Assembly: GCA_019308625.1 (NCBI GenBank)
Contig: JAFDHU010000012.1
Coordinates: 1-35,835 of the forward strand
DNA: 35,835 nucleotides
Reading direction: 5' to 3'
Origin: Deltaproteobacteria bacterium
GTDB lineage: Bacteria; Desulfobacterota; Desulfobaccia; Desulfobaccales; 0-14-0-80-60-11
In this document: one piece after another, positions 1-7,648 of the stretch
Numbering within the stretch: position 1 is the first letter of the stretch
Layout: every line of letters begins with the position of its first letter
Position numbers and translations under genes: made by a program
The notes under the pieces: generated by a model
What the model was told of the DNA's origin: nothing
Seen by the model: only the letters and a program-made list of their open reading frames with translations
Databases searched by the model: none

Positions 1-1038
1 CTCCCTTTGCTGCCGGCTGCTGCCGCACTCTCTGGTGAAGGAAACTTCGGAGATATCAGGGGCTGCTGGTTGGACTCTCGGGCAGTCATGGTGCGGATCG
101 CGCCGGAAATCCCCGGCCAGAAACGGACGGCCTGACGGATCAGCTCCCAGTGCTCCCGAAACCAGGCCACGGTCTTGGCCAGACCCTCGGCCAGGGGAGT
201 GCGGGGCTCATAGCCGATGAGCCGCCGGGCCCGCTCCACCGAAGCCCAAAGCCGCGTCTTGGTGTCCCACCTGCGCCTGGGAGTGAACCGGAGGCCTGCC
301 GGGTTGCCCGTCTGGACGTTAATCATCTTAGCCAAATCAATGATGCGGGTCTCCACCCCGGAGGCCAGATTGAACTCCTGCCCCACCGCCGCCTCATAAT
401 AGCCCGCCCTTAGGAGGCCGTCCACGATGTCCCCCACATAGGTGAAATCCCGGGTCTCCTGGCCGGTGCCGGTGATGGGCAGGGATTGGCCCTGCAGGGC
501 CCAATAAATGAAATTGGGAATGACGTTGCGGTAGGGGCCGGGGATCTCCCCGGGGCCATAGGAGTTGAAAAACCTGGCCTTCACCACCGGGAGCCGGTAA
601 TGGCGCAGGAAAAAGTTGCCATAAAGCTCCCCCAGCATCTTGGTGATCTGGTAGGGCGTGCTCAGATACAGGGACATGTACTCCTCCCGCAGGGGCAGAG
701 GGGCCTCGCTGCCGTAAATGGAGCAGCCGGAGGAGGCATAAACAAAGCGCTCCACTCCAATGAGGCGGGAGTATTGCAGGAGCTTCAAGGTCCCCAGGCC
801 GTTGACCAGGAGATCGGTCTCCGGATGGTCCAGGGAATTCTGGTTGGCGAACAGGGCGGCCAGGTGAAACACCATCTGGGGCTTTGCAAAAAAGACCCGC
901 TTCAGCTTCACCTCATCCAGAATGCTGCCTTCCACAAACACTACATTGGGAAGCCCGGGGATATTCCACTGGGCCGCGGCAGACAGTGACCAGCACGGTT
1001 TTCCCTTGGTACGATTCAAGGTAATCTGGCAGTGTCAT
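1..1038 (-). pseudogene. NAD-dependent epimerase/dehydratase (extended SDR), apparently disrupted near its 5' end; 3' end runs off the window
   Basis: The minus-strand ATG at 1038 overlaps the upstream gene's stop by 23 nt. It gives MTLPDYLESYQGKTVLVT, then reads VCRGPVEYP... to a TGA at 913-915. The conserved SDR body is in the +1 frame and continues without a stop past position 1: NIPGLPNVVFVEGSILDE, VFHLAALFANQNS, YASSGCSIYG, catalytic STPYQITK, FFNSYGPGE, TGTGQETRDFTYVGDIV. The GxxGxxG NAD-binding loop expected right after VLVT is missing. Confidence 0.5.
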
Positions 1039-3265
1039 GACCTGCCTCCTGCTCAACAAGCAATGTCGGGCCCATCCCCCCGGACGGTCGGCCTTGCCAG
1101 GAGAATTCCATAGTTCTGCCGGTTTTCAAAGCCTCCCAGGCCTTCAGGGCGGCATGGGTGGAGGCGGCGTAATCCTCAAACCGCTCCCACAGGCTGGGGG
1201 CATCCAGGGGGGCGGAGAAGAAGCATTCCAGCTCCCCCACATACCCCATATCGCTGCTGAAGCGGCTTATCTTGGCGGTTCTGCGGCCCTTGACGAACCG
1301 GGCCCGCCGGAAGTCCTCCAATACCGCCACTGACTCCTCGCTGAAGACTTCTATCCGCTCCCGGGAAAAGGCCTTGGACCCCTTGGCGGTGTAGACAATG
1401 CTGCCGATGGAGCCGTCGGCAAAGGCAAGGGTAAGGAGCAGATTGTCATCCGGCCGGTATTTGCCCGGGCTGGCACCCAGGGGCGTGACGCTCAGCCTTA
1501 CCGGGGGAGCACCGCAGATGAACTGGAGAAAATCAATGAAGTGGCAGACTTCCCCCAGGAGCCGGCCGCCCCCCGCCCGCGGGTCATGCACCCAACTGTC
1601 CGCGGGGAGATATCCGGCATTGACCCGGTAGACCATAACCAGCGGGGAAAGCCGGCCCTTCAGGAAAGCTTTCAGCCGCTGGGTCAGAGGAGCAAAGCGG
1701 CGGTTGAAGCCCACCATCAGCAGACGGGAGCCGTCATAGGCCCGGCAGATGGCCTCCAGCTCCTCTTCTTTCAGGCACAGCGGCTTCTCCACCAGGACGT
1801 GCTTGCCTGCCTTCAGGGCCTCCACCACTAGGCGGCCGTGGGAGTCATGCCGGGTGGCGATGAGCACGCTGCCGATGGCTGGGTCTTCCAGAATCTGCCG
1901 GTAATCGGTGGTGGCGTAGGCAAAGCCGAATTTCTGGGCCAGATGCCGGGAGCTTACGCCGGTGGTGGTGGCCACGCCTGCCAGTTTTACTGCCGGGATT
2001 TTTTTCACTGCAGGCATGAGGATGCTTTTGGCGAACAGGCCGCCGCCGATGAGGCCCACCTGCCGGCGGTTCGCCGCCCCGGCCCGGGGGGCTGCCTGCT
2101 TCAGCCGGATGCTCCGGGTGGGCGGAAAGGAGGCGGCCGGAGAAGCCGGCTGCGGCGGATATTGCAGCACCACCCCGATGTAGGGCTCTTTCCCGCCCAA
2201 AATCAGGTCATAGGCTCTCAGGGCCTCGGCCATGGGAAAGCGGTGGGTAATGAGCCGGTCTACCCGCACCCGGCCTTGGGCCACCAGCTCCAGAAACGCG
2301 GTCAGATTGCGGCGCTCGGTCCAGCGCACCCGGCCCGGGGGATAATCCAGGCTGCCGCCCCCTGGGTGCAGCGCCGGCCCTGCGGCTCTGGACACCCGGA
2401 AGCTCAGCTCCTTGGTCCAGAAGGTCTGGCGGGTGAGGCTGAGGTTCACTACCCCCACCAGCACCAGGCGGGCCCGCTCCCGGGCCACCGTTTCGGCCAG
2501 TCGCAGGGGGCGGTTGTCCCGGCTGGCCGCGGTGATGAGCACCCCATCCACTCCTAGGCCCCGGGTGAAGTTGGCCGCGGCCTCCTCCACCCGGTCCCGG
2601 CCGGGGACTAGGGCCAGATCGGCGCCCAGCTCCCGGGCCAGGTTTACCTTGTTCGGCTCCAGGTCCACCCCGATGACCCGGCAGCCCTGGGCTTTCAGGA
2701 TTTGCAGGCTGAGGAGGCCCAGAAGCCCCAGGCCGATGACCATGACGGTCTCTCCCAGGGTGAGGGCCGCCTCCCGCACCCCGTGCAGGGCAATGGCCCC
2801 CAGGGTGCCGAAGGCGCCGGCTTCAAATTCCAGGCCGTCGGGGAGAGGAACGCAGGCGCCCTCCGGGGCCCATACTATCTCGGCATGGGAGGCATACCCC
2901 GGACCAGCCACCGCCACCCGGTCGCCGGGCCGGAATTCTGTGACCCCGTCACCGATGGCCAGTACCACGCCAGCGGAACTGTACCCCAAGGGTACCGGCT
3001 CATCCAGGCGGTGCCAAGCCTCTTGGAACACGTTGACAAAGCCCTCTCGCCGGGCCTTGTCCCAGGCCTGGCGTACCAAGTCGGGGCGGGCCCGGGCCTT
3101 GCCCAGCAGGCTTTTCCGCCCCATCTCCAGCATCAGCTTCTCCGTGCCCGGGCTGATAAGGGAGGCCACCGTGCGCACCAGCAGGCCGCCGGGCTTCAGA
3201 GCCGGCTCCGGAACCTCGGCCAGGAAAATCCGGCCATTTTTGTAGCTTTGGATCACCTGCTTCAC
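1016..3265 (-). CDS. bi-domain oxidoreductase (MDR/zinc-type alcohol dehydrogenase-like N-terminal half fused to Gfo/Idh/MocA-like C-terminal half)
   Basis: Long ORF 1016..3343. The N-terminal half has the MDR pattern (SLISPGTEKLM, GYASHAEIV, Rossmann VMVIGLGLLGLL). The C-terminal half has the Gfo/Idh/MocA pattern (VGLIGGGLFAKS, HVLVEKPLCL). The family-typical start VKQVIQSYKNG corresponds to the GTG at 3265; the ATG at 3343 would add an Arg/Gly-rich unlikely leader. Confidence 0.8.
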   Translation of the reverse strand: MKQVIQSYKNGRIFLAEVPEPALKPGGLLVRTVASLISPGTEKLMLEMGRKSLLGKARARPDLVRQAWDKARREGFVNVFQEAWHRLDEPVPLGYSSAGVVLAIGDGVTEFRPGDRVAVAGPGYASHAEIVWAPEGACVPLPDGLEFEAGAFGTLGAIALHGVREAALTLGETVMVIGLGLLGLLSLQILKAQGCRVIGVDLEPNKVNLARELGADLALVPGRDRVEEAAANFTRGLGVDGVLITAASRDNRPLRLAETVARERARLVLVGVVNLSLTRQTFWTKELSFRVSRAAGPALHPGGGSLDYPPGRVRWTERRNLTAFLELVAQGRVRVDRLITHRFPMAEALRAYDLILGGKEPYIGVVLQYPPQPASPAASFPPTRSIRLKQAAPRAGAANRRQVGLIGGGLFAKSILMPAVKKIPAVKLAGVATTTGVSSRHLAQKFGFAYATTDYRQILEDPAIGSVLIATRHDSHGRLVVEALKAGKHVLVEKPLCLKEEELEAICRAYDGSRLLMVGFNRRFAPLTQRLKAFLKGRLSPLVMVYRVNAGYLPADSWVHDPRAGGGRLLGEVCHFIDFLQFICGAPPVRLSVTPLGASPGKYRPDDNLLLTLAFADGSIGSIVYTAKGSKAFSRERIEVFSEESVAVLEDFRRARFVKGRRTAKISRFSSDMGYVGELECFFSAPLDAPSLWERFEDYAASTHAALKAWEALKTGRTMEFSWQGRPSGGMGPTLLVEQEAGHDTARLP

Positions 3266-3615
3266 CGCCGCCACTCCCAACTTTGGGGCGGACTGCCTTG
3301 GGGTCCTCCCGCCACCCAAGCCTCGGCAGCCATTATCCCGCAAACATGCGCCGTAGAAAGATCATGACGGGCGATATCGTGACATTCTGGGACAATTTGT
3401 ACCGACTTGGCACAAAAAACGGCAGGGCAAGGCGGCAATGCTCTGGCCGTCCCCTGGGTTATCAACCCGAGAATCTCTCTTGTCTTGTACGCTGGATAAG
3501 TGTAAATGACGGAAGAGAGGCCGGGTCGGCCTGGGGCGGGCGGCTTCCGGCCGGGCGGACGCCGCGGATATTCAGGGGAGCTCCCCCTTATTCCTGACGC
3601 TTAAGGAGGGCTGGC

Positions 3616-4080
3616 ATGCGTCTTTATTTGGTGCAGCACGCGGAGGCCAAAAGCGAAGCCGAAGACCCTAGGCGGGACCTCACGGACAAGGGTCGCGCCG
3701 AGGTGGCCAAGGTGGCGAATTTCCTGGAACCTTTGAACCTCAACCTCAGCCGGGTCCTGCACAGCGGCAAGACCCGGGCCCAAAGCACGGCCGACATTCT
3801 GGCGGCTTCCCTCAAGCCTGCCGGAGGGGTGGCCCAGACTGACGGGCTGGCCCCCCTGGACGACCCCCAAGTCTGGGCCGACCGGGTCTTGGGACTCGCT
3901 GAAGACACCATGCTGGTGGGCCACCTGCCCCATCTGGCCAGACTGGCCTCTCTGCTTTTGTGCGGCGACCCGGAGAAGGGGGCCGTCAACTTTAAAATGG
4001 GCGGGGTGGTCTGCCTGAGCCGCTCCCCCGAAGGCCGCTGGGGGCTGGAGTGGATGGTGGTGCCGGAAGCGCTCCCTTAG
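3616..4080 (+). CDS. sixA: phosphohistidine phosphatase SixA-like (histidine phosphatase superfamily)
   Basis: 154 aa. N-terminal MRLYLVQHAEA carries the catalytic His motif and a second His motif is MLVGHLPHL. Size is typical of SixA. AAGGAGG RBS lies 6 nt upstream of the ATG. Confidence 0.75.
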   Translation: MRLYLVQHAEAKSEAEDPRRDLTDKGRAEVAKVANFLEPLNLNLSRVLHSGKTRAQSTADILAASLKPAGGVAQTDGLAPLDDPQVWADRVLGLAEDTMLVGHLPHLARLASLLLCGDPEKGAVNFKMGGVVCLSRSPEGRWGLEWMVVPEALP

Positions 4081-4256
4081 CGTTCCGGCAGGAGGCTGAA
4101 GCCTGGAGAAAAACAGCAAAGGTAACGGGCCGGCGCCCTAAGGGGTGGGAAGTCCCGCCTCCCCTTCAGTGACTTGGGAGCCCAGAGCGGCGCGTATGCC
4201 CCTGCGGAGCGCTCGGCCCTCCCCTGGCTACCGTCCCCCCGCAGGTGAAAAACCGA

Positions 4257-4529
4257 TTACATTTTCGCCAGTTTGTCTTTCAACTGGGCCAGAAAATAGG
4301 ACTCCCGAAAAAGCTGATTTTTGATATCGGCCATTTCCATCCTGACTTCCGCTACCTGCTTTCTCAGGGTCCGGACGGCCTCTTCCAGTTGCTCCAGGCG
4401 CTCTGCGGCAGCCTCCGGCGTGTCAGGACCGGCCCTTTCCCGGCCCGCTTCGGGAACCACGGCATCCAGAGGACTTTTGGAGACCGCCAGGTCCAGGGGA
4501 TTTTCCCCGATGGTGCGGCGTTTTGACAT
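4257..4529 (-). CDS. small coiled-coil protein, candidate ParA partner/adaptor
   Basis: 90 aa. Basic N-terminus (MSKRRTIGENPLDL), an acidic/Pro-rich linker, then a heptad-like coiled coil (ERLEQLEEAVRTLRKQVAEVRMEMADIKNQL). The start is 9 nt after the parA stop, with a GGGGGA RBS inside the gap. Confidence 0.65.
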   Translation of the reverse strand: MSKRRTIGENPLDLAVSKSPLDAVVPEAGRERAGPDTPEAAAERLEQLEEAVRTLRKQVAEVRMEMADIKNQLFRESYFLAQLKDKLAKM

Positions 4530-4538
4530 GTTTCCCCC

Positions 4539-5303
4539 TTACGGCTGCTTTTCTTGGGCAATGATTTCCTGTGCCAGGGCCCGGTAGTCCGCCGCCCCGG
4601 AGCTTTTGGAGTCATATCGGGTGATGGGTTGGGCAAAGGACGGACATTCGGCCAGACGGATGTTTTCCCGGATCACTGTCCGGTACACCAGTTCGCCGTT
4701 GTGCTCCCGGAGCTGCTCCACCACCTCCCGGGCGTGCCGGGTGCGGGCGTCCACCCGGCAGGCCAGGATGCCGGAAACACGCAGGTCGTTGTTTAAGCGC
4801 TCCCGCACCACCTCCACCGTGTGCAGCAGATGAGCCAAGCCGGTCAGGGCCATGACATGCGCCTCCACGGGCACCAGCACCTCCTGCACCGCGGCCAGGG
4901 CGTTGACGGTCAGGAGCCCCAGAGTGGGGGGACAGTCCACCAGCACGTAGTCCCAGGTATCGGCCGGTAACTTCGCCAGGTTCCGCCGCAGAATCTGCTC
5001 GGCCCCCACCTCACCCACCAGAATTCGCTCCACCCCCACCATCCAGGGGGAAGAGGGTGCCAGATCAACCCCCGGAACCCCGGTGGAAGTGATGACCCTG
5101 CTGAGGTCGCCGTCTCCCACAAAGAGGTCATACAGGCCCCGGCCGGTGTCCCGGACTCCCAGCCAGGCAGTGGCTGAGTGCTGCGGATCCAGATCCACCA
5201 CCAGTACCCGGCGGCCTGCCTCTCCCAGGGCCGCGGCCAGATTAACGGCGGTGGTGGTCTTGCCGCTTCCCCCTTTCTGATTGGCAATGGCGAATTTCCT
5301 CAT
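4539..5303 (-). CDS. parA: ParA/Soj-family ATPase (deviant Walker A)
   Basis: 254 aa. FAIANQKGGSGKTTTAVNLA (KGGxxGKT deviant Walker A), VLVVDLDPQ, and DYVLVDCPP Walker B-like. No parB gene is adjacent. Confidence 0.9.
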   Translation of the reverse strand: MRKFAIANQKGGSGKTTTAVNLAAALGEAGRRVLVVDLDPQHSATAWLGVRDTGRGLYDLFVGDGDLSRVITSTGVPGVDLAPSSPWMVGVERILVGEVGAEQILRRNLAKLPADTWDYVLVDCPPTLGLLTVNALAAVQEVLVPVEAHVMALTGLAHLLHTVEVVRERLNNDLRVSGILACRVDARTRHAREVVEQLREHNGELVYRTVIRENIRLAECPSFAQPITRYDSKSSGAADYRALAQEIIAQEKQP

Positions 5304-5374
5304 AGTCCCCCCCCCGCATTTGAGAAAATTTCACGAAGCCCTACCGTCTAACCGGAGCCGGCTCACACTCAGCC

Positions 5375-5408
5375 AAACAAAAAAACCAGCCTGAGGCGCT
5401 CCGGCTGG
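5375..5408 (-). terminator. Rho-independent terminator
   Basis: The minus strand reads CCAGCC-G-GAG-CGC-CUC-A-GGCUGG followed by UUUUUUUGUUUGG. This is a 6+3 bp GC-rich stem followed by a U7 tract. Confidence 0.7.
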
Positions 5409-5591
5409 CGCGCCGCCTTCTGGTCGCGGACCGCTGCAGGCTGGTGTTTGACGAACCCTCTCACTTCGAGCCTTACGCTCCAGGGAGTTTTCCTCACTTT
5501 GCCACAACGGCACAAGCAAGTCAATGACCTGTCTTTTGGGAGCCTCAGGTCTCCACACCTACTGGGGTCGGCCTGCCGCCGCAGCCGACAG
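5409..5591 (-). ncRNA. candidate structured small RNA (long imperfect rod; possibly 6S RNA-like) or structured 3' UTR
   Basis: About 185 nt lie between the lipoprotein stop (5598) and the terminator with no credible ORF. On the minus strand the 5' arm CUGUCGGCUGCGGCGGCAGGC pairs with the 3' arm GCCUGCAGCGGUCCGCGACCAG. Inner arms GGAGACCUGAGGCUC and GAGCGUAAGGCUCG pair. The apical hairpin is CUUGCUUGUGCC-GUUGU-GGCAAAGUGAG. Confidence 0.3.
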
Positions 5592-5597
5592 TGCCTC

Positions 5598-6077
5598 TTA
5601 CTGGTTAAAATCAAGGGCCAGAAACTCCTTCTCGGTAATCCCCCATCTTTGCTTCACCTCGGTTTCCGTGGTCTGCCCATGACAGACCTCGCCCCGCTCC
5701 AAGGTCTGTACTATCAGCTCGTAGTCCGAGTAATAGCGGGGATATTTCTTTTTGCGGGGATAGACCGCCAGGACAATGCCCTCCTCATCCAAAACACCGA
5801 TCATGAAGGGACAGGCTCGGCACAACTTGATGGACTCCGGCATGAGCTTTTCCAAAACCGCCTGGATGGCCGGCACGTCTGACCGCGACACTGGCTCAAG
5901 CAGGGATCCCGCCAGCATTTCAAAGCTTCTTTGCACTTCCTGTTTGAAGGCCGCGGCCTCCGGAGTTAAGGCCTTCTCCCTTTTCTGTTGGCATCCCCAC
6001 AAAAGCGCCAGTCCCAGAAGAAAAACGCCGCACCCCCAGATTACCTGGGAAATTTTCAGCTTCTCAGCTCCAGGCAT
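5598..6077 (-). CDS. hypothetical lipoprotein
   Basis: ORF 5598..6107. The internal ATG at 6077 has a GGGGGA RBS. The signal peptide ends in the lipobox LLWGC (MPGAEKLKISQVIWGCGVFLLGLALLWGC). No recognisable family. Confidence 0.6.
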   Translation of the reverse strand: MPGAEKLKISQVIWGCGVFLLGLALLWGCQQKREKALTPEAAAFKQEVQRSFEMLAGSLLEPVSRSDVPAIQAVLEKLMPESIKLCRACPFMIGVLDEEGIVLAVYPRKKKYPRYYSDYELIVQTLERGEVCHGQTTETEVKQRWGITEKEFLALDFNQ

Positions 6078-6640
6078 AAGTTCCCCCGATGAACAAGAGA
6101 TGAACATTGCCGGCCTGATGGAAATTGTCTGCGGCTCCCAGTGCAGTCCGGCAGAGCAACCCCGGCACCCGCCAAGCTATACCTGCCCGGCCTCAATATG
6201 GGCGGGGGAGGTGCCGGTCTTTGGATTAACCTATACAATAAAAGTCCCGAAAAAATCTAAACAATTTTTCACGGGCTACAGGTGTTAAAGGGCGGGTCCG
6301 CCTCCAGAAAATGAAAAGTTATCCGCAGTCCCCGGCGCCTGTTGTCTGCCCGGCACGAACTTCTCCCGGAACATTGCTGAAAAAGTATGATTTGGTTAAA
6401 GTTTGAGAAGCGTCCAGACACCCGGGGGCTTGCTCGGGACTGGCGCCTCCGGTGGCATCCGGGTCAGGGCGGTTTGGCCCGTTTATCTCCCGCATATTTT
6501 CCTTCCCACTCCTGAGGCCCAAAGCCAGCGGCCTGCCATGCCCTGGCTTCCGGGAAGGTAGGCTTGTGGAGGGAGCCGGGTAAACCTGCCCCGGGGGGCT
6601 TTGGCTGCCGGCACGGAAGGGATTTTCAGGCTGAACGGTA

Positions 6641-6904
6641 ATGGCATATTTTCGCACCAATCTTTCGCCCGTTGAGGTCACTCGGTTTTTAAAGCTCGTC
6701 GCGGAACTGACAGAGAACCTGTCTGTTCGCTTCTGCTTCAAGGTACCGGCCCCCTGCCCCCGGTGCGGCCATCCGGAGCTCTGCCGTAGCGGGGCGGTAA
6801 GTTTCTACACCACCAGCTTTGACAAGCTGACCCACGAAATCATAGTCTGCCTGCACTGTGGCTACAGGGAACTAACCCCCCTTTTGACCTGCGAGCGTCT
6901 CTAA
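6641..6904 (+). CDS. small zinc-ribbon protein (hypothetical)
   Basis: 87 aa with CPRC ... CLHC pairs 26 residues apart. Codon usage resembles neighbouring genes. The RBS is weak. Confidence 0.5.
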   Translation: MAYFRTNLSPVEVTRFLKLVAELTENLSVRFCFKVPAPCPRCGHPELCRSGAVSFYTTSFDKLTHEIIVCLHCGYRELTPLLTCERL

Positions 6905-7013
6905 CTCCTGTTTGCCGGTGCTCCTGGGGCCTGTTGGCGGAGGCTTGAGCAGGAGGGGGGCGCGGCTTTTAGGGTCTTGCCTCGGCAGGCCAGCCGGGTC
7001 GGTCCCCCAGGTT

Positions 7014-7040
7014 TTGAAAAATGCCTAAAAAGCTTATAAT
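7014..7040 (+). promoter_or_regulatory. sigma-70-like promoter candidate for the Cys/His-repeat gene
   Basis: TTGAAA (7014-7019), a 15-nt spacer, then a perfect TATAAT (7035-7040), about 35 nt upstream of the start codon. The spacer is shorter than optimal. Confidence 0.4.
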
Positions 7041-7075
7041 GGGATAATTACGGCCAAGGAAGGGAGGTGGCCCAG

Positions 7076-7516
7076 GTGGCGGAAAAATGGTGTGAATCGT
7101 GTCTGATGGCTGGCAAACGGGTTCCCGCGACCACCAGGAGCATCAACCCGGATTATGCCAAATATGACTTGTGCGAGGAGTGCGCGGCGAAGTTTGACGC
7201 CATGGTGAGCGATACCGAGTACCACCGGCCTCCGGTCAGCTATCCGGTAGGGGGAGGAGGTTCCGGCTCCATGCCGGGTTTCGGCTATCATCACCGTAGC
7301 GAAATGCCGGTCAAGATGGGAGGTCGGCACTTTAAAGGCTGCATCTGCCCCATCTGCGGGGGTCTGGACGGCAAACACACCCATCTTTGCGTGTGTCCTA
7401 TTTGCGGCGGCCGGGGGGGCAAACATACCCCTGACTGCACCTGCCCCCAGTGTTCGGAGAAGGGAGGCAAACACCATCCCTATTGCGAATGTCCCGTGTG
7501 CCATCGCCTAGGCTAG
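7076..7516 (+). CDS. Cys/His-rich protein: N-terminal zinc ribbon plus four C-terminal GKH-x3-CxCPxC repeats
   Basis: The ORF opens at GTG 7067. The in-frame GTG at 7076 is better spaced from the AAGGAAGGGAGG RBS. N-terminal WCESC-x23-CEEC, then a Gly-rich linker. The four repeat units are GRHFKGCICPICGGLD, GKHTHLCVCPICGGRG, GKHTPDCTCPQCSEKG and GKHHPYCECPVCHRLG, reaching the stop. Confidence 0.7.
   Translation: MAEKWCESCLMAGKRVPATTRSINPDYAKYDLCEECAAKFDAMVSDTEYHRPPVSYPVGGGGSGSMPGFGYHHRSEMPVKMGGRHFKGCICPICGGLDGKHTHLCVCPICGGRGGKHTPDCTCPQCSEKGGKHHPYCECPVCHRLG
7322..7513 (+). repeat. four tandem 48-nt (16-codon) coding repeats
   Basis: Protein-level periodicity is G-[RK]-H-x3-C-x-C-P-x-C-x4, four times. 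The nucleotide sequences of the units are diverged, so this is not a recent DNA duplication. Confidence 0.85.
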
Positions 7517-7648
7517 TCACAGGTTGCGGGGGTGTTAGGATTCCGGCGCCGCTTGCCGCCTGCTTGGCCATTGTCGTGCCTTCCCAGTTGTTCCCCGCAG
7601 GAAACTAACTTTCGGCTTGTTGCCCCATCTGCCCACCGGGAGCAGCCC

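Noticed and set aside
2412-3245. 277-aa plus-strand ORF (and overlapping 1838..2557 and 2702..3367 ORFs)
   Set aside because: They are antisense to the well-supported bi-domain oxidoreductase. Their Arg/Ser/Pro/Ala-rich low-complexity translation is typical of shadow ORFs in high-GC DNA, and no motifs are present.
3404-3420. TGGCAC-containing sigma-54-like motif upstream of sixA
   Set aside because: TGGCACAAAAAACGGCA places GG rather than GC at the -12 position, so the spacing is off by one. It is also about 200 nt from the start codon.
3616-3645. SixA motif reads QH instead of the classic RH(G)
   Set aside because: I considered this a possible loss of a catalytic Arg. My recollection is that LVQH(A/G)EA is common in a SixA-like subfamily, and the second His motif is intact, so it was not reported as an anomaly.
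5369-5614. 81-aa and 75-aa minus-strand ORFs in the parA-lipoprotein spacer
   Set aside because: They are Arg/Cys-rich, lack an RBS and span the predicted RNA rod and terminator. The locus is better explained as non-coding RNA.
6319-6741. 140-aa minus-strand ORF
   Set aside because: It is Pro/Gly/Ser/Arg-rich with no RBS or motifs, and it overlaps the better-looking plus-strand zinc-ribbon ORF.
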